This document shows positions 50,714-60,600 of a stretch of DNA of 64,000 bases, piece after piece; the first letter of the stretch is position 1, and the number at the start of each line of letters is the position of its first letter. Origin of the DNA: an uncultured Gemmatimonadales bacterium (GTDB lineage: Bacteria > Gemmatimonadota > Gemmatimonadetes > Longimicrobiales > RSA9). Location of the stretch: contig CAWAMW010000002.1 in assembly GCA_963783305.1 (NCBI GenBank), forward strand, positions 288,001 to 352,000, written 5' to 3'. The notes under the pieces are model-generated. The model saw only the letters and a program-made list of their open reading frames with translations, was not told where the DNA came from and searched no databases. The position numbers were made by a program, and so were the translations under genes.

Positions 50714-52069
50714 ATGAATGCGCTTCTCGCCGCGCGGGCCCAGATGGAGGTCTCGCTGGCGTTTCACATGGTGTTCGCCGCCCTGGGTATCGGGCTCCCC
50801 CTCCTCATGCTCATCGCCGAAGGGCTCTGGCTCCGCACGGGGCGCGAGCACTACCGGCACCTGGCCCGAACGTGGGCCAAGGCGACGGCGTTGACATTCG
50901 CGGTGGGCGCGGTGTCGGGGACGGCGCTCTCCTTCGAGCTGGGGCTGCTCTGGCCGCGATTCATGGAGGTGGCCGGCGGCGTCGTCGGGCCGGCCTTCGC
51001 TCTCGAAGGCTACGCGTTCTTCCTGGAGGCGATCTTCCTCGGCCTCTACCTCTATGGCTGGGACCGGCTCTCGCCGCGCGCCCACTGGTGGACCGGCGTG
51101 CCGATCGCCTTCACGGGGCTCACATCGGGGATCCTGGTGGTCGCCGCGAACGCGTGGATGCAGACGCCCATCGGGATCCACCCGGACGCCCTCGCGACCG
51201 TCGGCTCCGGGCCGCTGGCCATGGCGGACCCCCTCGCCGTCTTCAAGACACCCGCGTGGTTCCACATGGCGCTCCACTCCTCGCTCTCCGCGTACGTGGC
51301 CACCGGCTTCGCGGTGGCGGGCGTCTACGCGCTCGGGCTGCTGCGCGGCCGACACAACGCGTATCACCGGAGCGCCCTTGCCATCGCGCTGGCCGTGGGC
51401 GGCGCGGGCGCCGTGCTCCAGCCGCTCTCGGGTGACCTCAGCGCGCGCGCCATCGCCGATTACCAGCCGGCGAAGCTCGCCGCGGCCGAGGCGCACTACG
51501 AGACCATGCGTGGCGCGCCGCTCACGATCGGCGGGATCCCGACGGGCGACCGCGAGCTGATCCTCGGCCTGCAGATTCCCAACGGCCTCAGTCTCCTCGC
51601 CTACCACGACCCCGATGCCGAGGTGCTCGGGCTCGAGGAATGGCCGCAGGACGAGCAGCCGAACGTCGTCATCACACACCTGGCCTTCCAGGCGATGGTC
51701 GGCCTGGGCTTCGCCATGCTCGCGCTGGCGCTGGCGTTCTGGTGGTTCCGCTGGAGGGACCCCGAGTCCGTTCCGCGACGGCGGCTCCTGCTGTGGGCGA
51801 TCCTCGTGGGCTCACCCGCCGGCATGCTGGCGCTGGAGGCCGGGTGGCTGGTGACGGAGGTGGGTCGTCAGCCGTGGGTGATCTACGAGGTCATGACCAC
51901 GGCCGCCGGGGTCACACCCGTGGACGACGTGCCCATCACGCTCCTCGGGTTCTTCGTCCTCTACACGGCCCTCGGCGCCGCGCTGGTCACACTCCTGCGG
52001 GCGCTGGCGAGCAGCAACGAGTACGGGCGCGCGCCCACCCCGGAAGAACGGGAGGCGAGCCATGTTTGA
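50714..52069 (+). CDS. cydA: Cytochrome bd ubiquinol oxidase subunit I
   Basis: FHMVF, AFFLEA, ANAWMQTP, QPAKLAA.E, EVGRQPW. Confidence 0.93.
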   Translation: MNALLAARAQMEVSLAFHMVFAALGIGLPLLMLIAEGLWLRTGREHYRHLARTWAKATALTFAVGAVSGTALSFELGLLWPRFMEVAGGVVGPAFALEGYAFFLEAIFLGLYLYGWDRLSPRAHWWTGVPIAFTGLTSGILVVAANAWMQTPIGIHPDALATVGSGPLAMADPLAVFKTPAWFHMALHSSLSAYVATGFAVAGVYALGLLRGRHNAYHRSALAIALAVGGAGAVLQPLSGDLSARAIADYQPAKLAAAEAHYETMRGAPLTIGGIPTGDRELILGLQIPNGLSLLAYHDPDAEVLGLEEWPQDEQPNVVITHLAFQAMVGLGFAMLALALAFWWFRWRDPESVPRRRLLLWAILVGSPAGMLALEAGWLVTEVGRQPWVIYEVMTTAAGVTPVDDVPITLLGFFVLYTALGAALVTLLRALASSNEYGRAPTPEEREASHV

Positions 52070-53081
52070 GATCGGCGCGGCGGGTCTGACGCTCCTGGCC
52101 GTCGTGGCGTACGGCGTCCTGGGCGGAGCGGACTTCGGCGGCGGGATCTGGGACGCCTTCGCTGGCGGCCCCCGCAAGCAGGAGCAGCGGGACGCGATCT
52201 CCCAGGCCATGGGGCCGGTGTGGGAGGCCAACCACGTCTGGCTGATCTTCGTGATCGTGCTGCTCTTCAGCGCGTTCCCGCCGGCATACGCGGCGCTCAG
52301 CGTAGGGCTGTTCTTCCTCTTCCATCTGGTGCTTCTGGGAATCATCCTGCGCGGCGCGTCCTTCGTGTTCCGCGCGTACAGCCCTGAGGGCAGCCGGAAC
52401 GTGGATGGCGACGAGCGCACGCTCGGGCGGAGCGGCGGCCGCTGGGGCGTCGTGTTCGGCGTGGCGAGCGTGATCACGCCAGTGCTGCTGGGCATGAGCC
52501 TCGGGGCCGTCTCCGCGGGGGGCTTCCACGTGGCCAATGCGGTGGTCACGCTGGAAGGCATCCCCTGGCTGGCGCCCGTGTCGCTGGCGATGGGGGCGTT
52601 CGCGCTGGCGCTCTGCGCGTACCTGGCCGCGACCTTCCTTGCCTACGAGACGCGGGGTGAGCTGCAGGAGGATTTCCGGCAGCGGGCGCTCTGGGCGGGC
52701 ACGGTCGTCGTCGCGCTCTCGGTGCTGCTGCTCCCGCTGCTGGCGATCGATGCGCCACACCTGTGGGCGGGGCTGCTCGCGACCCGCACACTGCCGGTTC
52801 TGGGCGTGGGGCTGGTCGCCGCGCTGGCGTCGGGGTGGTGGCTGCGGACCCGCCGCTACCGCGCCGCGCGCATTGCCGCCATCGGACAGGTGGGCTGCCT
52901 CCTCGCCGGGTGGGGACTGGCGCAGTACCCGTACATCATCTACCCGGACGTGACGATCTACTCCGCCGCGGCGCCGGAACCCACGCTCCAGTTCATCCTG
53001 TACAGCCTGCCGCTCGGACTGGCCCTGCTGCTGCCCAGCCTCTGGTTCCTGTTCCGGGTGTTCAAGGGAGAGGTCCTCTAG
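52062..53081 (+). CDS. cydB: Cytochrome bd ubiquinol oxidase subunit II
   Basis: GGADFGGG, GPVWEANHVWLI, FP.AY, LRG..F.FR. Confidence 0.92.
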   Translation: MFEIGAAGLTLLAVVAYGVLGGADFGGGIWDAFAGGPRKQEQRDAISQAMGPVWEANHVWLIFVIVLLFSAFPPAYAALSVGLFFLFHLVLLGIILRGASFVFRAYSPEGSRNVDGDERTLGRSGGRWGVVFGVASVITPVLLGMSLGAVSAGGFHVANAVVTLEGIPWLAPVSLAMGAFALALCAYLAATFLAYETRGELQEDFRQRALWAGTVVVALSVLLLPLLAIDAPHLWAGLLATRTLPVLGVGLVAALASGWWLRTRRYRAARIAAIGQVGCLLAGWGLAQYPYIIYPDVTIYSAAAPEPTLQFILYSLPLGLALLLPSLWFLFRVFKGEVL

Positions 53082-53112
53082 CTGGCAGATCGCTGAAACG
53101 GGTGGGCGGGGA

Positions 53113-53325
53113 GCGAACGGTCCCTGGCGCTCCCTGTCGATCCCGTCGCTTCGATCGCTGGTCGATCGCTTCGGCCTGTGGCCTCGCTGGTCGATCTCCG
53201 CTGCGCTCCGTCTTCTCGCGGAGTCGCGCCGTCGCCGTAGCTGGAAACACACGCGCGTGCCCCTCCCTATCGACGCCGCGCGCAGCGCGGTCGCCTCGCG
53301 CAAAGCGCGGGCGATCGACCCCCCG
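53113..53325. repeat. Dispersed structured repeat, copy 2
   Basis: Exact 22-mer at 53190-53211 matches 15016-15037; colinear GCGAACG..CGCTC.CTGTCGA and GATCGACCCC. Confidence 0.7.
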
Positions 53326-53410
53326 CGCCAGCGGGTCCCGAAGGGAGCGGAGCGACCGAAGGGATCGACCCTCGACCCGCCTCCCCCGACTTCTTCAGCA
53401 GCCCGCCAGA

Positions 53411-54781
53411 CTAGACGCCCCGCAGCTGCACCGCCTTCGCCACCCGCTGGATCGCCACCATGAAGGCGGCGGTCCGGAGCGAGGTCGAGTGCTCGCGCGC
53501 GGTGTCGCGGACCGCGTCGTAGGCGTTCCCCATGATGGCGATGAGCTCCTGGTCTACCTTCTCCGCGGTCCAGCGGAACTGCTGGAGGTTCTGGACCCAC
53601 TCGAAGTAGGAGACGGTGACGCCGCCGGCGTTCGCCAGGATGTCGGGTACCACGATGACCCCACGCTCGTCGAGCACCGCGTCAGCGGCCGGTGTGGTGG
53701 GGGCGTTGGCGCCCTCCACCAGCAGCTTGGCCTTCACGTGGCGCGCGTTCCAGCGATGGATCACGCCGCCCAGCGCAGCGGGGACGAGGATGTCGACGTC
53801 CAGGGTGAGCAGGTCATCGTTGCTGATCCTGCTCACGCCATCAAGCGCCACCACGCTCTCGCCGCCGCGTACGATCTCGACCAGCCGCTCCACGTCCAGG
53901 CCCCGTTCGTCGTGGATCGCCCCGTCCACATCGCTCACCGCCACGATCCGGGCGCCCAGCTCGGCCAGGTAGTGGGCGCTCCAGCTGCCCACGTTGCCGA
54001 AGCCCTGGACGGCGACGGTCGCGCCCTTCAGGTCGATGCCGTGGTCCGCGGCCGCGCGCTCCGTGATCACCGAGACGCCACGACCGGTAGCCGACTCGCG
54101 GCCGGGGGAGCCGCCCACCTCCAGCGGCTTGCCGGTCACCACGGCCGGGGTGAACCCCTCGAACTTCGAGTACTCGTCCACGATCCACGCCATGACCTGC
54201 GCGTTCGTGTTCACATCCGGGGCCGGAATGTCCTGGTTGGGACCGATGAACTGGTGGATCCTCTCGACGAACGTGCGAGTGATACGCTCCAGCTCCGCAG
54301 GGGTCAGGTCCCGCGGGTCCACGTCGATTCCGCCCTTTCCACCGCCGTAGGGAATGTCCACCACCGCGGTTTTCCATGTCATGAGCGACGCGAGCGCCCG
54401 CGCCTCGTCCAGGTCCACTTCGGGATGGTACCTGAGCCCCCCCTTCATCGGGCCGCGGGCATTGTTGTGCTGGACGCGATAGCCATGAAACGTTCGGATC
54501 GAGCCCGCGTCGTCCAGGAGCGGGATTTCCACCATGACCTCGCGATACGGGGTCTTGAGCGCGACCTGGAGGTGCTCCGGCAGGCCCAGCCGCCGCGCCG
54601 CGCAGTCGAACTGGTAGTTCACCGCCTCGAACGGTGTCATCTGATCCGCGGCGGCGACATGCTCGGCACCCGCCGGCTGCTCCGCCGTTTTCAGCGCCTC
54701 CCGCTCCGCACCCCGCAGCCGCGCCTCGCTTCCCGGCGCGGGCGCGGTGGCCCGATCCGTCCCGGAATCCTCTTCGCTCAT
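53411..54781 (-). CDS. gdhA: Glu/Leu/Phe/Val dehydrogenase (probably glutamate dehydrogenase)
   Basis: GPMKGGLRYH, MTWK, GGGKGG, PAPDVNT, QGFGNVG, EGAN, NAGGV.VSYFEW. Confidence 0.92.
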   Translation of the reverse strand: MSEEDSGTDRATAPAPGSEARLRGAEREALKTAEQPAGAEHVAAADQMTPFEAVNYQFDCAARRLGLPEHLQVALKTPYREVMVEIPLLDDAGSIRTFHGYRVQHNNARGPMKGGLRYHPEVDLDEARALASLMTWKTAVVDIPYGGGKGGIDVDPRDLTPAELERITRTFVERIHQFIGPNQDIPAPDVNTNAQVMAWIVDEYSKFEGFTPAVVTGKPLEVGGSPGRESATGRGVSVITERAAADHGIDLKGATVAVQGFGNVGSWSAHYLAELGARIVAVSDVDGAIHDERGLDVERLVEIVRGGESVVALDGVSRISNDDLLTLDVDILVPAALGGVIHRWNARHVKAKLLVEGANAPTTPAADAVLDERGVIVVPDILANAGGVTVSYFEWVQNLQQFRWTAEKVDQELIAIMGNAYDAVRDTAREHSTSLRTAAFMVAIQRVAKAVQLRGV

Positions 54782-54972
54782 GGCTCCCCCGTCGTTCCAG
54801 CGTCCATTGACTCGACCAGCGTGGCGTGAGCGCGTCCGATCTCGCGCTGGCCCCCTCCGGCACCGTGACGCTGCGTGATGCAGTTTCCAATCCGCTTGTC
54901 GGTGGCGGCGAAAACGGCACGATTATGGCATCGATCGAACCGCTTACGCATACAGCCCTGGAGGAGTCGCTG

Positions 54973-55443
54973 ATGCTCGAGGAGGGCAGGGAAGCACCGG
55001 ATTTCGTGCTGGACGGAATCGACGGAGAGGGTGAGCCGCTACGCGTCCGGCTCTCGGATCTGCGCGGCAGGCCCGTCGTGCTGTACTTCTACCCGAAGGA
55101 CGACACCTCCGGCTGCACCAAGCAGGCGTGCGGGATCCGGGACGAGTGGTCGGCCTTCCGGGAGGCCGGGGCCGAGGTCCTGGGCGTGAGCCCCGACGAC
55201 GTGGACTCGCACCGCAGCTTCTCGTCGAAGTATGACCTGCCGTTCACACTCCTGGCGGACCCCGACCACGACGTGGCGGAGTCGTACGGGGTGTGGACGG
55301 AGAAATCAATGTACGGTCGCAACTACATGGGAATCGAGCGAAGTACCTTCGTGATTGACGCGGAAGGGCGCTTGAAGCGAATCATGCGACGGGTGAAGCC
55401 GAAGCTGCACGCCGACCAGGTTCTCGATGCTCTCCGAGAATAG
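54973..55443 (+). CDS. bcp: Peroxiredoxin Q / BCP
   Basis: YFYPKDDTSGCTKQAC; GAGGAG RBS. Confidence 0.93.
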   Translation: MLEEGREAPDFVLDGIDGEGEPLRVRLSDLRGRPVVLYFYPKDDTSGCTKQACGIRDEWSAFREAGAEVLGVSPDDVDSHRSFSSKYDLPFTLLADPDHDVAESYGVWTEKSMYGRNYMGIERSTFVIDAEGRLKRIMRRVKPKLHADQVLDALRE

Positions 55444-58090
55444 CCCCGACCCCCGGGCAGCCCGAACCGATGCCGAACGGCGCGGCGAGACCCACCTTCG
55501 GCGCGACGATCTCTACCGGCTGCTGGTGGAGAGCACGAGGGATTACGCCATCTTCGTGCTGGACAGCACCGGCCACGTAGCCAGCTGGAACCCGGGCGGC
55601 GAACGGATCAAGGGGTACACGGCCGACGAGATCGTGGGCCAGCCGTACGAGGTCTTCTTCACGGACGAGGCGCGGGAGGCCGGTGAGCCGGCGGCCATGC
55701 TGGAGCGGGCGGTGCGGGACGGCCGGGTCGACGTGGAGGACTGGCGCTGTCGCAAGGATGGCACTCGGTTCTGGGCCCACGTGGTGCTCACGGCACTGTA
55801 CCAGGGTGATGAGCTCGTGGGCTTCGGCAAGGTCACCGCGGACCTGACGGTGGAGCGCACCGCGCGGGAGGAGCTGGCGCGGCGGGAGCGGCAGTTGGCG
55901 GAAGCGCAGCAGATCGCCCACCTGGGGAGCTGGGAGTTCGAGCGCGCCACGGGCCGGCTCTCGTGGTCGGACGAGCTGTTCCGGATCTTCGGCCTCCCAC
56001 CGGCCGAGCCGATCCACTACGAGACCTACCTGGAGATGCTGCATCCCGAGGACCGGGATGACGTGCGTCGGAAGGTCGAGACCTCACTCGAGGACGGCTC
56101 CCCCTACGTCCACCAGCACCGGATCGTCCGACCGGACGGCGAGGAGAGGTGGGTGCAGAGCCGGGGTGAGGTCACGTGGAACGAGGAACAGGATTCTCCG
56201 CGGCTGGCGGGGACTACGCTGGACATCACGGGCATCAAGGAGGCGGAAGACAGGGCGCGGCGGCTGTCGGCGGAGCAGGTCGCGCGCGAGGCGGCCGAAC
56301 GGACGGCGCAGCGGATGGGGTTCCTGGCGGAGGCCAGCGCGCTGCTTGGAGCGTCGCTCGAGTACGACGACACACTGAAGACGGTCGCGTGGATGGCGGT
56401 GCCCACGTTCGCCGACTGGTGCGCGGTGGACATCGTGGACCCGGTCGGTCAGCTCGAGCGCCTGGCGGTGGCCCACCTGGACCCGGCCGGCGTGGAGCTC
56501 GCCGAGTGGCTGCACGAGCGCTATCCCCCCGACCCGGACTCCGGCACCGGCACCTACGCGGTCGTACGGTCGGGAGAGGCGGAGCTGCACGAGGAGGTCA
56601 CCCCCGAGCTGCTCGAGCGCTCCGCGATGGACCCGGAGCACCTGGAGATCCTCAAGGAGCTGGGGCTCACGTCCGCCATGGTCGTCCCGATCCAGATCCG
56701 CGACCGGGCCCTCGGCGCCCTCACGTTCGTCTACTCGGACTCGGGTCGACGGTACGGGCAGGATGACCTCGTAGTGGCGCAGGAGCTGGCGAACCGGGCG
56801 GCGCTTGCTGTCGAGAACTCGCAGCTGCACACCGCCGAGAGAGACGCCCGCCGTCACGCGGAGCGGGCCACCGAGCGGACCATGCGCCTCCAGACCATCA
56901 CCGGCGAGCTGTCCGAGGCGGTGACTCCGGACGCCGTGGCCCAGGTGATGGTGGAACAGGGAACTGCCGCGCTGGAGGCCGCCGAGGGCGCCCTCGCCAT
57001 GGTCCAGGAGGATGGGTCGCTCACCATGATGCGCTCCACCGGCCTGCCCGACGAGGTCGTCAGCCACTACGCCCGCTTCACCAGGGACGCGGAGATCCCC
57101 CTGGCCGAGGCGGTCCGCACGGAGAAGCTGGTGATCGTGGAGGACATCTCCGACCGCGACGCGCGCTATCCAGAGATCGCGGCCGTGCGTCAGACCACCG
57201 GGACCAGCTCGCTGGTCGCGGTACCGCTCCGCTCGGGGGAGGGTGTCATCGGCAGCCTGGGCTTTGGCTATCGGGAGCAGAGACCGTTCACGGAGGACGA
57301 CCAGCGGTTCCTGCTCGCGCTCGGCCGCCAGTGCGCGCAGGCGCTGGAGCGGGCGTGGCTCTACGAGACGGAGCACGAGGCGCGGGAGGTCGCGGAGGCG
57401 GCGAGCCGGGCCAAGAGTCAGTTCGTGGCCATGATGAGCCATGAGCTGCGCACACCGCTGTCGGCGATTATCGGGTACCAGGAGCTGCTGACGGAGGAGA
57501 TCTCCGGCCCGATCAACGACGCGCAGCGGCAGCAGCTCGACCGCATCCAGTCCTCGGCCGCCCACCTCCGCGATCTCATCAACCAGATCCTGAGTCTGTC
57601 CCGCATTGAGGCGGGGAAGGAGGAAGTGGAGGCGGAGGAGGTAAACGTGGCGCGCATGACCCGGGAGGTGGCGCTGCTGATGCAGCAGAAGGCCGAGGCG
57701 CGAGGTCTCACGCTGGAGCTGGATCTGCCCGAGGAGCTGTACACCAGGACCGACGCTGGCAAGATCCGACAGGTGTTGCTCAACCTGCTGTCCAACGCGA
57801 TCAAGTTCACGAGTGAGGGCGGCGTGACGGTGGCGCTGAGGTCCGATCAGGACGCGATCCGCCTCAGCGTGACGGATACGGGGGCCGGAATCGCGCCGGA
57901 GGAGCGGGAGCGCATCTTCGACGCGTTCACCCAGGTCGACCAGTCCATGACGCGGAGCGTGGGCGGGAGCGGGCTTGGACTGGCGGTCAGCCAGCGCCTG
58001 GCGCGGCTGCTGGAGGGGGAGCTGGAACTCAAGTCGGAGCCGGGTCGCGGCAGCACGTTCACGCTGCGGCTGCCGCGCAACCCGGTCTAG
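55427..58090 (+). CDS. Cytoplasmic PAS-PAS-GAF-GAF histidine kinase
   Basis: WNPG.ERIKGY..RKDG, HPED..RPDG, two GAF-like segments, MSHELRTPL, N/G boxes. Confidence 0.9.
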   Translation: MLSENSPDPRAARTDAERRGETHLRRDDLYRLLVESTRDYAIFVLDSTGHVASWNPGGERIKGYTADEIVGQPYEVFFTDEAREAGEPAAMLERAVRDGRVDVEDWRCRKDGTRFWAHVVLTALYQGDELVGFGKVTADLTVERTAREELARRERQLAEAQQIAHLGSWEFERATGRLSWSDELFRIFGLPPAEPIHYETYLEMLHPEDRDDVRRKVETSLEDGSPYVHQHRIVRPDGEERWVQSRGEVTWNEEQDSPRLAGTTLDITGIKEAEDRARRLSAEQVAREAAERTAQRMGFLAEASALLGASLEYDDTLKTVAWMAVPTFADWCAVDIVDPVGQLERLAVAHLDPAGVELAEWLHERYPPDPDSGTGTYAVVRSGEAELHEEVTPELLERSAMDPEHLEILKELGLTSAMVVPIQIRDRALGALTFVYSDSGRRYGQDDLVVAQELANRAALAVENSQLHTAERDARRHAERATERTMRLQTITGELSEAVTPDAVAQVMVEQGTAALEAAEGALAMVQEDGSLTMMRSTGLPDEVVSHYARFTRDAEIPLAEAVRTEKLVIVEDISDRDARYPEIAAVRQTTGTSSLVAVPLRSGEGVIGSLGFGYREQRPFTEDDQRFLLALGRQCAQALERAWLYETEHEAREVAEAASRAKSQFVAMMSHELRTPLSAIIGYQELLTEEISGPINDAQRQQLDRIQSSAAHLRDLINQILSLSRIEAGKEEVEAEEVNVARMTREVALLMQQKAEARGLTLELDLPEELYTRTDAGKIRQVLLNLLSNAIKFTSEGGVTVALRSDQDAIRLSVTDTGAGIAPEERERIFDAFTQVDQSMTRSVGGSGLGLAVSQRLARLLEGELELKSEPGRGSTFTLRLPRNPV

Positions 58091-58105
58091 GTCGGCCGCC
58101 TCGGC

Positions 58106-58426
58106 TCAGGTGGGCTCGGTCTTCACGGCCGTGCCGTAGCACATGATCTCGGCCGCACCGGTCATGATCATGGACGTCTGGAATCGGGTCATCACTACCG
58201 CGTCCGCCCCCAGCGACTCGGCCTCCTCGATCATGCGGTCGATGGCCTGCTCCCGGGCCTCGGCGAGCATCTTCGTGTACTCCCCGATCTCGCCGCCCGC
58301 AATGGAACGGAACAACGCCATGATGTCGCGCCCGATGAAGCGTGCGCGAATCGTGTTGCCGCGAACGAGCCCGAGGGTCTCGACAATGCGGCGGTCCTGG
58401 ATGTCCGGTGTCGTGGTCAGGGTCAT
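58106..58426 (-). CDS. YbjQ/UPF0145 family protein
   Basis: LGLVRG..R...RD......GGE..EY..ML..AR..A..RM..A..LGADAV..YGTAV. Confidence 0.88.
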   Translation of the reverse strand: MTLTTTPDIQDRRIVETLGLVRGNTIRARFIGRDIMALFRSIAGGEIGEYTKMLAEAREQAIDRMIEEAESLGADAVVMTRFQTSMIMTGAAEIMCYGTAVKTEPT

Positions 58427-58836
58427 CGCCGCAACTCCTTGTAGGGATCCGTCTTCAGATCGCGGAGTCGATCCACGGCCGCGGTGAGCAGGAGGGTAGC
58501 GAGACCCACCACCACGGCGCTGGTCGCCACCTTCTCCCAGAGCGCTTCGGCGCCAGTGAGGTAGGAGAATACGCCGTACACGACCCACACCAGCGCGCCG
58601 GCCACGAACAGCGTCCAGCCAACCGGCCGTGTCAGTCGGCGGTTGAGCTCGGTCCATACCGTCGGTCTCTCATCCATGCTTGCTCCCAGCTCGTTCAGGT
58701 CCACCTTGAGGCGGCGGAACACCGCCACCTCGCGCCGGAGCTCCGTACTCCGCTCCAGCGCCTCCTCCACGGCGTGGGACCGGTCGGGATCCAGCTCCCC
58801 GTCCAGGTACCGCATCAGCTCGTCGTGCCCGATCAT
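58423..58836 (-). CDS. Membrane anti-sigma factor (putative)
   Basis: LMRYLDGEL anti-sigma-like N-terminus and two TM helices; ATGA-coupled to the sigma gene. Confidence 0.7.
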   Translation of the reverse strand: MIGHDELMRYLDGELDPDRSHAVEEALERSTELRREVAVFRRLKVDLNELGASMDERPTVWTELNRRLTRPVGWTLFVAGALVWVVYGVFSYLTGAEALWEKVATSAVVVGLATLLLTAAVDRLRDLKTDPYKELRR

Positions 58837-59405
58837 GGGTACTCCACCCCCAGCTCTTCGAGCGCCTCGCGAAGCGCTCGCCGCGCGTGATAGAGACGGC
58901 TCGCCACCGTGCCTTCCGGGATCGACATGGCCACGGCGATCTCGTTGTAGCTGAACCCCTCGATCTCTTTCATTACCAGTACTTCCCGGTGGTCGGCGGA
59001 GAGCCGCGCAAGGCCCTGCCACAGGACCTCCCGCGCCTTCGATCGGGCCCGGTCCCGCTCGGGATCGGACGAGGACGGCAACCGCTCCGCCAGCACCTGA
59101 TCGATCCGCTGCACCTGCAGCCCCGCCCTGCCCCGCCGCAGCGCGTCCCGGCACTGGTTCCGAAGGATCTGGAAGAACCACGGCCGGAAACTGCGACCCA
59201 GCTCGAACCGGCCCAGCGCCCCGTACGCCTTGATGAACGCCTGCTGCACCGCGTCCCGGGCGGCATCCGGATCGCCCATCATCGCCAGGGCGAGCCGCTG
59301 TCCCGCCGCCTCGTTGGCCCGGACCAGCGGTTCGTAAAAATGCGCCTGCCCGGCCCGGCACTTCCGGATCAGCTCCGTCTCCAGAGCGCGCTCCTGGTCC
59401 CTCAT
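58833..59405 (-). CDS. ECF RNA polymerase sigma factor
   Basis: A.DAVQ.AFIKAY..L.RF...F.PW..I.RN; GFSY.EIA...GTV.SRL..AR; alternative TTG start at 59432. Confidence 0.9.
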   Translation of the reverse strand: MRDQERALETELIRKCRAGQAHFYEPLVRANEAAGQRLALAMMGDPDAARDAVQQAFIKAYGALGRFELGRSFRPWFFQILRNQCRDALRRGRAGLQVQRIDQVLAERLPSSSDPERDRARSKAREVLWQGLARLSADHREVLVMKEIEGFSYNEIAVAMSIPEGTVASRLYHARRALREALEELGVEYP

Positions 59406-59428
59406 ACGATGCGGGGCATCCGATTCCT

Positions 59429-60457
59429 TCAACGGTGCGCTACGCCCAGTCCCGGCTCGGTGTTGAACCGGAGGGTACCGTCGTCGTTCATGCCGGGTCC
59501 GGTGAACGGGTCCTCGGCGAGGAGCAGCGCGCCGTCGAGGTCGAGGTAGTCCACCAGCGGCGCCAGCTGGAGGGCGGCGGCGATACCCAACGTGCTCTCC
59601 ACCATACAGCCGAGCATGACGGTCATGCCGTGGGCGCGCGCCACGTGGACCATGCGAACCGCCTCACGCAGCGAGCCGGACTTGGCCAGCTTGATGTTGA
59701 TCCCGTCCACCGCCCCCACCAGCCGGGCGACGTCATCGGCGGTCTCGCAGGACTCGTCGGCGATGATGGGGAGTCGGGACCCTTTCCGCAGCAGCCGGAG
59801 CCCTTCGACGTCTTCGGCCGGAAGCGGCTGCTCGACGAACGCGACGCGCATCTCCTCGAGCATGGGCATCTTCCGGAGCGCCTCCTTGACGGTCCAGCCG
59901 GTGTTCGCGTCCACGTAGAGCTCGGCGTTGGGCGCCTCGTCGCGGATGGCGCGGAGCCGGGCCTCATCGTCGTCGCCCCCAACCTTGATTTTCAGGATGG
60001 GGCGGTGCGCGTTTCGCCGGGCTTTGTCCCGGGTCTCTTCGGCGGAGGCCAGGCCGAGGGTAAACGAGGAGCGGGGCGCGGCCGCGGGGTCGAGGCCCCA
60101 GAGGCGCCAGACGGGCTGGCCGGCGCGCTTCCCCATGAGGTCGTGGAGCGCGGAGGACAGCGCCGACCGGGCGGCAGGGTTGCCGTTGAGGCGAGTGCGG
60201 AGGTCGTCCTCGATCCGCTCCAGGGCGAACGGGTCATCGACGGCCTCGAGGATCTCGGCATACGTCGGCATCGACGCCGTGACCGTCTCGGCGGTATCGC
60301 CGTAGAAGGCGTTCGCGGCCGCCTCGCCCCACCCCTCCTGGCCGTCATCCGTGGTAAGCCGGACCCAGACATTGCGCCTGCGATCGGCCACGGACGGACG
60401 GGCGATGTGGAAGGGTTCCTGTGGCCGCAGCTCGAGCGTTTCGTATGTCAGTTTCAT
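59429..60457 (-). CDS. L-Ala-D/L-Glu dipeptide epimerase (enolase superfamily)
   Basis: GWGEA, LKIKVG, VDAN, EQP, ADES, NIKLAK, GCMVES, DLDG. Confidence 0.88.
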   Translation of the reverse strand: MKLTYETLELRPQEPFHIARPSVADRRRNVWVRLTTDDGQEGWGEAAANAFYGDTAETVTASMPTYAEILEAVDDPFALERIEDDLRTRLNGNPAARSALSSALHDLMGKRAGQPVWRLWGLDPAAAPRSSFTLGLASAEETRDKARRNAHRPILKIKVGGDDDEARLRAIRDEAPNAELYVDANTGWTVKEALRKMPMLEEMRVAFVEQPLPAEDVEGLRLLRKGSRLPIIADESCETADDVARLVGAVDGINIKLAKSGSLREAVRMVHVARAHGMTVMLGCMVESTLGIAAALQLAPLVDYLDLDGALLLAEDPFTGPGMNDDGTLRFNTEPGLGVAHR

Positions 60458-60600
60458 TCGGGCACAAGGTCCGGGTCGCGTAGATGCACGCCGGGAACGT
60501 AATGTACGGCCGCCTGATGGACGAGAGCAGGCGTGAGCAGATGAGACGAGTCGACCGAGAGGGACGCAGCCGTGGGCGGAACGAGTCGGGGGAGCGAAGG

